A stretch of DNA of 63,231 nt, counting the filler, from Licmophora abbreviata (lineage: Eukaryota), in NCBI GenBank assembly GCA_900291995.1. It is 13 parts of 13 records of this genome, joined end to end, with 100 filler letters (N's around TTAATTAATTAA, not from the genome) between each part and the next. Parts side by side here need not be neighbours in the genome. Positions count along the whole stretch, not along the records: positions 31,950 to 33,863 come from OLMU01005523.1; positions 33,964 to 35,822 come from OLMU01005524.1; positions 35,923 to 40,612 come from OLMU01005525.1; positions 40,713 to 45,611 come from OLMU01005527.1; 9 more parts are not named here. One strand, 5' to 3'. The position numbers were made by a program, and so were the translations under genes. Positions 33,270-44,934 of the stretch are shown one piece after another (within the stretch, counting starts at the first letter, position 1; each line of letters begins with the position of its first letter). Under the pieces are notes generated by a model. It did no database searches and was not told where the DNA came from. It was given only the letters and a program-made list of their open reading frames with translations.

Positions 33270-33752
33270 ATGTCAGTAATTAAAAAACCAGATTTAACAG
33301 ATCCTAAATTAAGAGCCAAACTTGCAAAAGGAATGGGCCATAATTATTATGGAGAGCCAGCTTGGCCAAACGATCTTCTATACGTTTTCCCCGTTTGTAT
33401 TTTAGGTACATTCGCATGTTGTATTGGGTTAGCTGTTATGGCACCAACACAATTAGGAGAACCTGCAGATCCATTTAATACACCATTAGAGATTCTACCA
33501 GAATGGTACTTTTTCCCGACATTCAATTTATTACGTGTACTACCTAATAAATTATTAGGAGTATTAGCTATGGCCGCAGTACCTGTTGGCTTAATAACTG
33601 TACCATTTATTGAAAATGTTAATAAATTCCAAAATCCATTCCGTCGCCCAATAGCTAGTCTAGTTTTTATTATTGGTTTCATTACAGCAGTTTGGTTAGG
33701 AATTGGTGCATGTTTACCAATTGATAAAGCAATCTCTCTAGGATTTTGGTAA
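33270..33752 (+). CDS. petD: Cytochrome b6f subunit IV
   Basis: [24 protein letters not shown]. Confidence 0.99.
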   Translation: MSVIKKPDLTDPKLRAKLAKGMGHNYYGEPAWPNDLLYVFPVCILGTFACCIGLAVMAPTQLGEPADPFNTPLEILPEWYFFPTFNLLRVLPNKLLGVLAMAAVPVGLITVPFIENVNKFQNPFRRPIASLVFIIGFITAVWLGIGACLPIDKAISLGFW

Positions 33753-33963
33753 AAAATTTATAAATAAAAAATTGGCAATTTTAATCTTACGTTATTAGTG
33801 GTTTAGTATTGCAAAAAATGGAAAAAGCATTACTTACTTAATTTAATATTTTATTTATTAACANNNNNNNNNNNNNNNNNNNNNNNNNNNNNNNNNNNNN
33901 NNNNNNNTTAATTAATTAANNNNNNNNNNNNNNNNNNNNNNNNNNNNNNNNNNNNNNNNNNNN

Positions 33964-34303
33964 TAGCTTCTTCCGCTACATCTTTGCTTAAAGACTCTTG
34001 AATTTGTTTAGGTGCAGATTCTACTAATTCTTTTGCTTCTTTTAATCCTAAACCTGTTAAACTACGAACAACTTTCAGTATAGCAATCTTCTTATCTGCA
34101 GGTACTTCATCAAGCATTAAATTAAATTCGGTTTTTTCCTCCACTTCTTCAGCAACACCTGCAGCTGCCATTACAACTCCACCACCGGCACTCGCAGAAG
34201 CATCAACTCCAAATGTCTCCTCAATTTTAGTTACTAACTCTGAAGCTTCTAATAATGTTAACGTTTTTAAATCTTCAACGATTTGATCAATTTTTTCTGA
34301 CAT
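33964..34303 (-). CDS. rpl12: Ribosomal protein L12 (3' truncated)
   Basis: [29 protein letters not shown]. Confidence 0.98.
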
Positions 34304-34362
34304 AATAATTTTTTTATTTATTTTTATAAAATTGTTTTTTAGTTTAAATTTCTCAAAAAATT

Positions 34363-35055
34363 CTAAATAAAAATGTCCATATCTAATTTAAGAGACGGAC
34401 CCATAGTTGTACAAATATATAGACTTTTAAAATATCTACCTTTTACACCTGATGGCCTATTTGATTCTATGGATTTATATAACTCTTTTAAATTTTCAAC
34501 TAACTGATTTTCGGTAAAATCTGACTTACCAAAACTAACATGAACAATTCCTGTTTTATCTGCTTTGTATTCAAATTTACCTTTTTTAAATTCAGTCAAT
34601 GTTGTTGTTAATGTACTACTAACTGTGCCTGACTTAGGTGATGGCATTAAACCTTTTGGCCCTAAAACGCGACCTAATTTTGCTAGTTTCGGCATCATAT
34701 TTGGAGTTGCAACAAGTAAATCAAAATTAAGATTCCCTTTATTAATTTGCTCAATTAGATCATCATTTCCCACAATATTTGCACCCGCAGATTCTGCCTC
34801 TGCAAAATTTTCTTCGTTTGTTAAAACTGCAATTCTAGTCTCTTTACCAATCCCGTTTGGTAAAGTTACAGTTGTACGTAATTGTTGATCTGCATATTTA
34901 GGATCAATATTTAAATTAGCGTGTAGTTCAACACTTTCAACGAATTTTGTATTTGCAGTTTCTTTAAGAACGGTTACAGCTTCTTCAATATTTAAATAAA
35001 CGGCGGTTTTAGTTTTTTTTATATTTTCATTTTGACGACGCGATAATTTTCGCAT
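34363..35055 (-). CDS. rpl1: Ribosomal protein L1
   Basis: [24 protein letters not shown]. Confidence 0.99.
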   Translation of the reverse strand: MRKLSRRQNENIKKTKTAVYLNIEEAVTVLKETANTKFVESVELHANLNIDPKYADQQLRTTVTLPNGIGKETRIAVLTNEENFAEAESAGANIVGNDDLIEQINKGNLNFDLLVATPNMMPKLAKLGRVLGPKGLMPSPKSGTVSSTLTTTLTEFKKGKFEYKADKTGIVHVSFGKSDFTENQLVENLKELYKSIESNRPSGVKGRYFKSLYICTTMGPSLKLDMDIFI

Positions 35056-35089
35056 ATAATTTCTCCATTAAAACTTATAAGATTCTAAA

Positions 35090-35515
35090 TTAATCTGCAA
35101 TGGAGATACCCATATTTCGAGCAGTTCCTTCAACGATTTTTATTGCACTACTAATTTTTGTAGTATTTAAATCGGGTAATTTTATGTTTGCAATTTCTTC
35201 CAATTGAACCTTAGTAACGGAACCAACACTTACACGATTCGGAGTTGATGAACCTTTTTTAATTTTTGCTGCGTTAGCTAATAGGACTGACGCAGGTGGT
35301 GTTTTAAGGATAAAAGTATAACTTCGATCTTCATATACTGAAATTTCGACAGGAATGATAAGACCCATTTTATCAGTTGTTTTAGCATTGTATTCTTTAC
35401 AGAATGCAGCGATGTTAACACCATGCTGACCCAAAGCAGGTCCAACGGGTGGTGCTGGTGTAGCTTTACCTGCAGGTAAAGCTAATTTAATTAAAGCTGT
35501 TATTTTTTTAGGCAT
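35090..35515 (-). CDS. rpl11: Ribosomal protein L11
   Basis: [18 protein letters not shown]. Confidence 0.99.
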   Translation of the reverse strand: MPKKITALIKLALPAGKATPAPPVGPALGQHGVNIAAFCKEYNAKTTDKMGLIIPVEISVYEDRSYTFILKTPPASVLLANAAKIKKGSSTPNRVSVGSVTKVQLEEIANIKLPDLNTTKISSAIKIVEGTARNMGISIAD

Positions 35516-35644
35516 CGAAATTTATTGATAAATTTATTAATAATTATTAAAACTTATTTAATCTTCTTACAAAATAAACTAGTTACGGAATGGTGTACTT
35601 GAAAAAATTCTATTAAAAAATATAGACCTCTTAAGAAAGAGAAA

Positions 35645-35717
35645 CGCGCCCTGAAGGACTTGAACCCTCGACATCTAATTTTGGAGACTAGCGTTCTACC
35701 AACTGAACTAAGGACGC
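35645..35717 (-). tRNA. trnW-CCA: tRNA-Trp(CCA)
   Basis: GCGTCCTTAGTTCAG...CTCCAAA...AGGGCGCG. Confidence 0.96.
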
Positions 35718-35922
35718 ACCGAATAGAGTATAACCTTAATACCTTAAAATTACAAGATTTTAAAATTAAATTAAAATTTTTAAATAAAAAATAGTTTATG
35801 GAACAAAATGAATCACTAATTGNNNNNNNNNNNNNNNNNNNNNNNNNNNNNNNNNNNNNNNNNNNNTTAATTAATTAANNNNNNNNNNNNNNNNNNNNNN
35901 NNNNNNNNNNNNNNNNNNNNNN

Positions 35923-37278
35923 ATGGAACAAAATGAATCACTAATTGTCAAAAATTATTTACCGCATAATTTTTTAGCCGAAAAAATGATTTTAAGTTGT
36001 TTGTTGATAAGTTCTGAAGCCATTGATGTTACATTACGAACTATTTCAATTGAGACTTTTTATTTCAAGAATCATCAAGAAATTTTTAAAGCTATTATTT
36101 TTATGTATAAAAATAAAATTCCCATAGATATTCTTACATTGACCACTTTTTTACAAGATAATGGATTATTAAAAAAAATTGGTGGGATAAAAGTTTTAAT
36201 CGAATTAATAAATCAAGTACCAAATTTAGTTTATTTAGAAGAATATCTTCGTCTAATTAAAGATAAATTTCTGCGACGGTCACTAATCAAACTTGGTTAT
36301 CAAGCTATTAATTCTGGTTATATAACAAATATACCATTGGAAGCTATTCTAAATGATTTCGAAAGTCAATTATTTAGTTTAACTACTCAAATAAAAAATC
36401 AGAAACTATCAACAAGTGCCGAATTACTTAATGAGATATTTTTAGATTTAAAAAAAAAGTCTATGAAACCAATTTTAGCCGGTTTAGCTTCTGGATTTTA
36501 TGGTTTAGATTCATTAACCCAAGGATTTCAAAAATCAGATTTAATTATAGTTGCTGGTCGACCTTCAATGGGTAAAACAGCTTTTGCTTTAACCATGGGT
36601 ACAAATATAATAAAAACATCAAATTTACCTGTTCTATTTTTTAGTTTGGAAATGTCTAAAGAGCAAATAATGTATCGTTTATTGTCAATGGAAACTAATA
36701 TTAGTCAAATGCGTTTACGTAGTGGTAAATTATATCGAAATGATTGGGTAAAATTAAATAAAATCATGAAAATTATGTCGAAGTTACCCTTTTTTGTTGA
36801 TGATACCCCTGATTTGTCAATTCAAGATATAAGAACAAAGATAAAAACGATCATTTTTGAACAGACTCAAATTGGATTAATTGTTATAGATTATCTCCAA
36901 TTAATGCAGAATTCCAAAATCAAAACTGAAAATAGAGTTCAAGAATTATCACAAATAACTCGATCACTAAAAAATATTGCTAGAGAATTTAGTGTTCCTG
37001 TAATAGCTTTGTCACAATTAAGTCGAAACGTTGAAAATAGAGTGGATAAAAAACCTATTCTTTCGGACTTACGAGAAAGTGGATCTATAGAACAGGATGC
37101 TGACGTAGTGTTAATGTTATATCGAAATAAATATTATAATCAACAAAAAAATCTAGACGAAACGTTGGATTTAACAGATATAATAATAGCTAAACAAAGA
37201 AATGGCCCAACAGGAACTATTAAATTAAAGTTTGATGAGAATAGAACTAAATTTTTAAATTTAGACTTAGATATATAA
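35923..37278 (+). CDS. dnaB: Replicative DNA helicase
   Basis: AGRPSMGKT, FSLEMS, IDYLQL, SQLSR, DLRESGSIEQDAD, AKQRNGPTG. First 25 nt are duplicated at 35798-35822. Confidence 0.98.
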   Translation: MEQNESLIVKNYLPHNFLAEKMILSCLLISSEAIDVTLRTISIETFYFKNHQEIFKAIIFMYKNKIPIDILTLTTFLQDNGLLKKIGGIKVLIELINQVPNLVYLEEYLRLIKDKFLRRSLIKLGYQAINSGYITNIPLEAILNDFESQLFSLTTQIKNQKLSTSAELLNEIFLDLKKKSMKPILAGLASGFYGLDSLTQGFQKSDLIIVAGRPSMGKTAFALTMGTNIIKTSNLPVLFFSLEMSKEQIMYRLLSMETNISQMRLRSGKLYRNDWVKLNKIMKIMSKLPFFVDDTPDLSIQDIRTKIKTIIFEQTQIGLIVIDYLQLMQNSKIKTENRVQELSQITRSLKNIAREFSVPVIALSQLSRNVENRVDKKPILSDLRESGSIEQDADVVLMLYRNKYYNQQKNLDETLDLTDIIIAKQRNGPTGTIKLKFDENRTKFLNLDLDI

Positions 37279-37279
37279 G

Positions 37280-37352
37280 TGCCCAGAACCAGATTCGAAC
37301 TGGTGACACGAGGATCTTCAATCCACTGCTCTACCAACTGAGCTATCCGGGC
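37280..37352 (-). tRNA. trnF-GAA: tRNA-Phe(GAA)
   Basis: GCCCGGATAGCTCAGTTGGTAGAGC...TTGAAGA...TCTGGGCA. Confidence 0.96.
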
Positions 37353-37448
37353 TTAATAGTAATTATAATATAATCACTATTAAATTACAATATAATATTT
37401 CAATAAATTTTATATTGATTATTTATAATATTAATGCTATATTATTCG

Positions 37449-37551
37449 TGGATATAGAATTTTATATAACTTGTAAACATATCTACAATGTCAGAATCGT
37501 AAGATAGCAGCATAAGATATCAATTCAATGTTAGTATTAAAACTATATCCA
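37449..37551 (+). ncRNA. ffs: Signal recognition particle 4.5S RNA
   Basis: Long hairpin closed by tggatatag/ctatatcca. Apical helix-8 motif TGTCAG-AATC-GTAA-GAT-AGCAGCA (GNRA loop, CAG/AGCAG internal loop). Lies between trnF and psbX. Confidence 0.85.
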
Positions 37552-37729
37552 AAAATTTTTATATTATTTTTTAATTCATTTGTGTTTTTGTTTCAAAGGC
37601 AACTAAAATAAGTTATAAATTATTTTAACCACTAATATTAGTTATATTTTTTTTAAAAGCTGATACAATATGTATTGTAGTCAATCTTACTATTTTTAAC
37701 TTTTTATTTAAGATAACAGGAAATTAGAA

Positions 37730-37846
37730 ATGACAACTTCATTAGCAAATTTTATATCTAGTTTAGTAGCAGGTGGTTTTGTATTAGCTGCTATTGGTGT
37801 GGCTTTAATTCTTATTAGTAAAACTGATCGAGTTTCAAGAAGCTAA
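37730..37846 (+). CDS. psbX: PSII protein X
   Basis: MTTSLANFISSLVAGGFVLAAIGVALILISKTDRVSRS. Confidence 0.95.
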   Translation: MTTSLANFISSLVAGGFVLAAIGVALILISKTDRVSRS

Positions 37847-37923
37847 ATTAATAATAGTTAATATTATTAATTTTTTTAATTTTTAGTTAATATATATATG
37901 TACAAATTGGATTAAATTAAATT

Positions 37924-38220
37924 ATGATAAATATTAGTTTAGGTCCGAATATTTACTTGGGTCTTCTCGTAAGCGTTGGAGTATTACTATTATATTATTT
38001 AAGAGTGGTAAAACCAGAAATTGCAAGAGACGAAGATATTTTCTTCTCAACTATTGGTTTACTCTATAGTTGTATATTAATGGTACATGGGTGGCGCTTA
38101 GATCCAATTTTGTTATTTAGCCAAGTACTAATTATTACAACAGTATTAGTGGCCGGATGGGAAAATATAAGATTACGAGGATTAGTTGCTAGTATGGGAA
38201 AAAAACTTCGAAAAAAATAA
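37924..38220 (+). CDS. ycf66: Ycf66
   Basis: KPEIARDEDIFF..HGWRLDPILLFSQ..WENIRLRG. Confidence 0.95.
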   Translation: MINISLGPNIYLGLLVSVGVLLLYYLRVVKPEIARDEDIFFSTIGLLYSCILMVHGWRLDPILLFSQVLIITTVLVAGWENIRLRGLVASMGKKLRKK

Positions 38221-38273
38221 TTAAACAAATTTTTTAGTTCTTGGTTTCAAGTTCGTAAACAATTTTTTACATT

Positions 38274-38765
38274 ATGTTTAATAAATATTCACAATTTTGT
38301 GGGATCGTATTCTTTAGTATTTTTAGTGTTTTTGTTACAACGGCATCAGCAATTGACTTAGATGAAGCTACAAGAACTGTAGTTAAAGACGGATCTGGAA
38401 ATACAACAGTATTAACACCCGAGCAAGTAAAACGTGGCAAACGATTATTTAATGCAACATGTGGTGCGTGTCATGTTGGTGGTATTTCGAAAACAAATCC
38501 AAATGTGGGTCTAGACCCTGAAGGTTTAAGTCTAGCGACACCACGTCGTGATAATATCGATGCTTTAGTGGACTATTTAAAAAATCCAACATCTTATGAT
38601 GGTTTAGAATCAATTGCGGAAATTCATCCGAGTATTAAGAGTGCTGATATTTACCCTCGTATGCGATCATTAACAGATGAAGATTTATTTTCAATTGCAG
38701 GTCATATTTTATTACAACCTAAGATTGTTACTGAAAAATGGGGTGGTGGTAAAATTTATTACTAA
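38274..38765 (+). CDS. psbV: Cytochrome c550
   Basis: CGACH heme motif, EKWGGGKIYY. Confidence 0.99.
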   Translation: MFNKYSQFCGIVFFSIFSVFVTTASAIDLDEATRTVVKDGSGNTTVLTPEQVKRGKRLFNATCGACHVGGISKTNPNVGLDPEGLSLATPRRDNIDALVDYLKNPTSYDGLESIAEIHPSIKSADIYPRMRSLTDEDLFSIAGHILLQPKIVTEKWGGGKIYY

Positions 38766-38879
38766 TCATTCTTAAAAAAAAGTTTCTTGTGAAATCATTA
38801 AAAATGAAAATTTTTCACAAGAAACTTTCACTCTATCTTATTTGTGTTCTAAAAACTACTGTAAAAAATGATAACAAAA

Positions 38880-38952
38880 AAGCATGTAGCTCAGTGGATA
38901 GAGCATCAGATTCCGATTCTGAAAGTCAAGGGTTCGATTCCCTTCATGCTTA
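38880..38952 (+). tRNA. trnR-CCG: tRNA-Arg(CCG)
   Basis: AAGCATG/CATGCTT acceptor stem, TCAGA-TTCCGAT-TCTGA anticodon arm. Confidence 0.9.
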
Positions 38953-38984
38953 AAGTTAATATAACAAAATAAAGGGATAATTTT

Positions 38985-39325
38985 GGGGCTGTCTTGGTTT
39001 CGACATTTAAAAATAAGTAAAGTATGATGCAGGTCGAAGTTTGTATTCTTCGTAAAAATGTACAAATTTAAAATAAATGCTAATAATATAATCCCTTTTA
39101 GTTTTAAAACAGTGAATTTTAATAATAAACAATCTTACTCACGTTTATTACAATTCGCTAGTTAGAAATAAAATCTTTATTACAAAAATTAATCCCCTCT
39201 TCTTGGACATTTTGTCCTCTATAGTTTAGACTTATTATATTAATTGTTCAATTTTTGGACTAAACCTGTGAATGAGTACTTTAATTACATTTAGATGGAC
39301 GTGGGTTCAATTCCCATCAGCTCCA
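38985..39325 (+). ncRNA. ssrA: tmRNA; tag ORF 39079-39165 = ANNIIPFSFKTVNFNNKQSYSRLLQFAS*
   Basis: 5' GGGGCTG..GGTTTCGAC. 3' GGACGTGGGTTCAATTCCCATCAGCTCCA with G3:U alanine identity. Resume context ATAAAT-GCT-AAT-AAT. Confidence 0.95.
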
Positions 39326-39339
39326 TAGCTTTTAAAATT

Positions 39340-39424
39340 GCATTCGTGGCCGAGTGGTTGAAGGCACCGGACTCATAATCCGTTTTCCTATGGAACGTCA
39401 CTGGTTCGAACCCAGTCGGATGCA
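39340..39424 (+). tRNA. trnI-CAU: Long-variable-arm tRNA with CAU anticodon (probable lysidine tRNA-Ile; Met not excluded)
   Basis: GCATTCG/CGGATGC-A acceptor, CTCATAA loop, extra arm TTCC-TAT-GGAA. Confidence 0.7.
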
Positions 39425-39508
39425 TATTAAATATTTTTATATTGTTTTTTTCAAGATCTAATTGTAAACTTATTAATAAGAAATGGTTATATTTAAGAGT
39501 TAAAATTC

Positions 39509-39871
39509 ATGGTTAAATTAAATACTCAAAAGACAATTAATGATTTAGAAACTAGTTTTCTGAAAAAAGATTTACCTACAATTAGAATTGGTGACAATGT
39601 AAATATTGGCGTCAAGATTATTGAAGGTAATAAAGAACGTGTTCAATTTTATGAAGGAACTGTTATTGCAAGAAAAAATAGTTCGATTAATACAACTATT
39701 ACTGTTAGAAAAATATTACAAGGCATCGGTATAGAGCGAATTTTTTTAATTCATTCACCAAAGGTTGATTCTATTACTGTATTACGATCTTCTAAAGTTA
39801 GAAGATCTAAGCTTTATTATCTACGTAATTTAAGAGGTAAAGCAAGTCGTTTAAAACAAACTTTTCGCTAA
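39509..39871 (+). CDS. rpl19: Ribosomal protein L19
   Basis: IEGNKERVQFYEG..KVRRSKLYYLR. Confidence 0.98.
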   Translation: MVKLNTQKTINDLETSFLKKDLPTIRIGDNVNIGVKIIEGNKERVQFYEGTVIARKNSSINTTITVRKILQGIGIERIFLIHSPKVDSITVLRSSKVRRSKLYYLRNLRGKASRLKQTFR

Positions 39872-40005
39872 AATTAAAATTTTTAAAAAATTTAATAAAA
39901 AAATTTATTTGTATTCAGTTTAAGTGGTATAATGTTAGATAGTAAAGTAAAAGTAGAAATACCTTTTCAAATTTTATTTTATAATTATTTACACTAAGGA
40001 GTTAT

Positions 40006-40305
40006 ATGGCTACATACAAAGTGACATTAATAAGTGAAGAGCATGATATTAATTCAACAATTGATTGTAATGATGATGTATTTGTTCTAGATGCGGCAGA
40101 AGAACAAGGAATTGAGTTACCTTATTCTTGTCGTGCTGGTGCATGTTCTACATGTGCAGGTAAAGTTACAGACGGTAATATTGATCAATCAGAACAAACT
40201 TTCTTAGATGATGATCAAGTTGAAGCAGGTTTTGTTTTAACATGTATTGCTTATCCGAAATCAGATTGTACAATTCTAGTACATCAAGAAGATGAATTAT
40301 ACTAG
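40006..40305 (+). CDS. petF: Ferredoxin [2Fe-2S]
   Basis: [15 protein letters not shown]. Confidence 0.99.
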   Translation: MATYKVTLISEEHDINSTIDCNDDVFVLDAAEEQGIELPYSCRAGACSTCAGKVTDGNIDQSEQTFLDDDQVEAGFVLTCIAYPKSDCTILVHQEDELY

Positions 40306-40347
40306 TAATAATAAGGAATGACAAAATTTTTTGTCATTCCTTTTCTT

Positions 40348-40612
40348 TTAGAAATTAAGTTCTGCAGCTTGAACTTTCTCAAATTGTTTTTTCTTTAAAA
40401 TTAAAAAGACTTGTGTCAAAAGAACACAGAAACAAAATGCTAGATATCCAATTATACGGAATGGATCTTGTAAAACAATTTCTGTTTCTTCTTGTCCAAA
40501 GCCACCAGCGTTTGGATCAATATTTAAAGGTTGCTCTGTTTTTACAACGTCGCCTTGTTTCACAAGCAAACTTAAACCTGCAGGTAAAAGTTGAGAAGTT
40601 TTTGTTCCATCT
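40348..40612 (-). CDS. petA: Cytochrome f, 3' end only
   Basis: [33 protein letters not shown]. Confidence 0.97.
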
Positions 40613-40712
40613 NNNNNNNNNNNNNNNNNNNNNNNNNNNNNNNNNNNNNNNNNNNNTTAATTAATTAANNNNNNNNNNNNNNNNNNNNNNNNNNNNNNNN
40701 NNNNNNNNNNNN

Positions 40713-41080
40713 AGTAATGAACTTAATAGTAAAGGTAAAATAATCTTCGTTTCTTTTTTTGTTAATCCAGGCAATAAAAATAATATTATTTGACCTATGA
40801 CAAATGGACTAGCAAATAATAACCCCGTGTAAAAAGAAATTTTTATTGTTGAAATAAAATATTCTCCGGGAGATATCTGAAAGAATTTTACATTATTAAC
40901 TGGAAGTTCTAAAATTTTAACTAAAACCTTAACCTCAAAAAACGCCGCACAAGTTAACAATAAAATTATCCAAAACAAGGCGAAAATTCGTTGACGTAAT
41001 TCTTCGATATGCTCTGAAAAGGGTAATTCTAATGTTATAATTGTATTATTTGTAAAATTAAAATTAGAATTAGTTACCAT
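40713..41080 (-). CDS. tatC: TatC, 5' part only
   Basis: FSEHIEELRQR..QISPGEYF..FLLPGLTKKE. Confidence 0.96.
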
Positions 41081-41293
41081 AAATTTTAAATTAAAAATTT
41101 TTCTAGTTTTTAAGAGTAAGAAAATTTAATACATTAAGACTTTTAGATTCTTTCTTATATTATTTAAAAATGATTAGTTATTTTTTAGAATAACTAATCA
41201 TTTTTCACTCTTAAAGTAATCTAATGTTTTTCATTGAAAATTTAAATATTATCTTATTCCGTTTAAATCATTAGACACTAAAGACAGACTTAT

Positions 41294-41695
41294 TTATGAT
41301 AAATAATTAATAGCTTCTAAACGTGCAGTAGCTTTTTTTAATTCAACTGAAGCATCAAGACGATCTTTGCTTGTTTCAGCTTTTTCGATCGCTAATGTTG
41401 CTTTTTCTAATTCTTTTGTAGCTGCACTTAATTCTATATTTGTCAGCTCTTCTACATCATTTACTAAAACTGTGACACGATTACGATCAATTTCAGCTAA
41501 ACCACCACATAGAATAATTGGTGTCCACTTTTCATCTAATTTGATTCGTAGTAATCCTGTATCCAAAGCTGTAATTAGTGCAGCATGACCGTCTAGTACC
41601 CCAACTTGTCCTGTTAATCCAGGTAATACAACTTCATCTGCTGTTGTTGAGCAAATAACTCTGTCAGGGGTAAGAACGCGAATGTTCATAACCAT
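41294..41695 (-). CDS. atpE: ATP synthase epsilon
   Basis: VLTPDR..LPGLTGQVGVLDGHA. Confidence 0.98.
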   Translation of the reverse strand: MVMNIRVLTPDRVICSTTADEVVLPGLTGQVGVLDGHAALITALDTGLLRIKLDEKWTPIILCGGLAEIDRNRVTVLVNDVEELTNIELSAATKELEKATLAIEKAETSKDRLDASVELKKATARLEAINYLS

Positions 41696-41707
41696 ATGTA
41701 TTACTCC

Positions 41708-43141
<1,434 letters not shown>

Positions 43142-43308
43142 TTAACATATTAAAATATTTCGAAATAAATATACTTTCACAAATTAACATAGAATTTAAA
43201 CTAGTAACAAATTTTAAAATTCCTAGTTAACTACCATTGTACAACAAAATCATGCGAATTTTTGAATATAATAATATTTTGGTTATGGTTAGTCATCCAA
43301 GTTATTAA

Positions 43309-43818
43309 TCACATATCAGAATCATTTAATCTTCCGGTTACTTTTAACCAATTCCGTGCACCTGGATAATTATCGGGTGCTAATTTTAACGCTTGACGCC
43401 AATACTCAGATGCTTTATCAAATAAATCTTTTGATAATTCAACATATTCATCGTCTTCCATAGATTGTGCACGAAGAGCTTGGGAATGATAAATAACCGC
43501 TATATTATTTAAGGCTTGTGGAAGGTTTGGGTTTAATACAAGTGCTTGATGATAAAATTCAAGCGCTTGAGTATATTTTCCATTATTACCATAAATTAAA
43601 CCAATATTATAAAGTGCATAACTACGATCATATGGATCTTCTTCAACTTGAAGAGCTTCGTAATAATTCTCTAATGCTTCCGCATATCTTCCCCTTGATT
43701 GAGCGGCCATTCCTGCACGATAATATGAAAATGCTTGTTTTTCTTGTTTACTTGCAGGTAATACTTTTAAAAGGATATCCGCTATTACTGTAAATGTTTT
43801 ATCGATGAAATTACCCAT
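43309..43818 (-). CDS. ycf3: PSI assembly protein Ycf3 (TPR)
   Basis: [31 protein letters not shown]. Confidence 0.98.
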   Translation of the reverse strand: MGNFIDKTFTVIADILLKVLPASKQEKQAFSYYRAGMAAQSRGRYAEALENYYEALQVEEDPYDRSYALYNIGLIYGNNGKYTQALEFYHQALVLNPNLPQALNNIAVIYHSQALRAQSMEDDEYVELSKDLFDKASEYWRQALKLAPDNYPGARNWLKVTGRLNDSDM

Positions 43819-43904
43819 AAAATAATCCTTGTAAAATCTATTTATTATTATTTGTTAGAGTTATTCTATATTATGAATAACTCTAATTTATACCAAAATT
43901 CAAT

Positions 43905-44123
43905 TTAAATTGAATTTGATGCAACAAAAGGAAATAATGATAAAATACGTGCACGTTTAATTGCTTTTGCCAATTTACGTTGTTGTTGGACTGTGACACC
44001 AGTAGCACGTCGTGGAAGAATTTTACCTTGTTCTGTTACAAATAATGCTAATAAATCAATATCTTTATAATCAATCTTTTGATTTAATCCAATCGGAGAT
44101 ATATTTTGTTTTTTTAATGCCAT
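43905..44123 (-). CDS. rps18: Ribosomal protein S18
   Basis: [18 protein letters not shown]. Confidence 0.98.
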   Translation of the reverse strand: MALKKQNISPIGLNQKIDYKDIDLLALFVTEQGKILPRRATGVTVQQQRKLAKAIKRARILSLFPFVASNSI

Positions 44124-44126
44124 AAT

Positions 44127-44321
44127 TTATTTAATTTCTTTATGTATAGTTGGTTTGTTACAATGTGGACAGTATTTCTTTAATTCAATCCGTTCTGGAT
44201 TGTTACGACGATTTTTTTGTGTTAAATAACGTGAAACACCTGCTGATCGTTTATTTACATTCGAGCGGCATTCGGTACACTCTAACGTGATTAATATACG
44301 GGTCCCTTTATTTTTTGCCAT
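44127..44321 (-). CDS. rpl33: Ribosomal protein L33
   Basis: LECTEC..KKYCPHC..HKEIK. Confidence 0.98.
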   Translation of the reverse strand: MAKNKGTRILITLECTECRSNVNKRSAGVSRYLTQKNRRNNPERIELKKYCPHCNKPTIHKEIK

Positions 44322-44507
44322 AGAAAAATTTTATTAATAGTTTTTATAAATAATATAGTGCATAAAAATTTTTATCTTATCAAGGTTTAAAAAAAGTTAA
44401 TAAAGTAAAAATTACCATATTAAAACCTTTTAATTTTTTACCAAATATATTATATTATTGTAAACCTTAACTCATAAAATAACTATAAAATATTTAAAAT
44501 AACGAAT

Positions 44508-44789
44508 ATGGCTAATAGTAAATCAGCTAAAAAAAGAATTGATATTAATAAACGAAATCGTTTACAAAACCGTTTCTATAAAAGTTCAGTTAGAACTTTA
44601 ATCAAAACATTTTTAAAAAATTTAGAAACTTATAAAGTTTCACAAAAACCAGATGACAAAGAAGAATTAAAAGAGTTGTTAAGTTCTGTTTATAGTCTAA
44701 TTGATAAAGGAACAAAGAAAAAAGTATTTCATAAAAATGCTGCAGCTAGAAAAAAAGCTAGATTATCCGCTTATTTAAAAGCTGTATAA
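44508..44789 (+). CDS. rps20: Ribosomal protein S20
   Basis: MANSKSAKKRI..HKNAAARKK. Confidence 0.98.
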   Translation: MANSKSAKKRIDINKRNRLQNRFYKSSVRTLIKTFLKNLETYKVSQKPDDKEELKELLSSVYSLIDKGTKKKVFHKNAAARKKARLSAYLKAV

Positions 44790-44934
44790 ATTTTTATAAA
44801 TTAAAACAAAAATATTTTAAATAATTTAGTTAAGAAAATTTATAATTTTCTTAACATCATAGAATTAGAGATTAAAAGTTAAATTATTAAAGTATTAAGA
44901 TACGTATTTATTTGGGTTAACCACAACAAAGATT

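Noticed and set aside
35923..37278. Intein in plastid dnaB
   Set aside because: 451 aa with contiguous ESGSIEQDAD; no insertion is present.
32433..39065. Small ORFs at 32433-32624, 37140-37337 and 38856-39065
   Set aside because: They overlap tRNA-Ser, tRNA-Phe/dnaB and tRNA-Arg/tmRNA; spurious.
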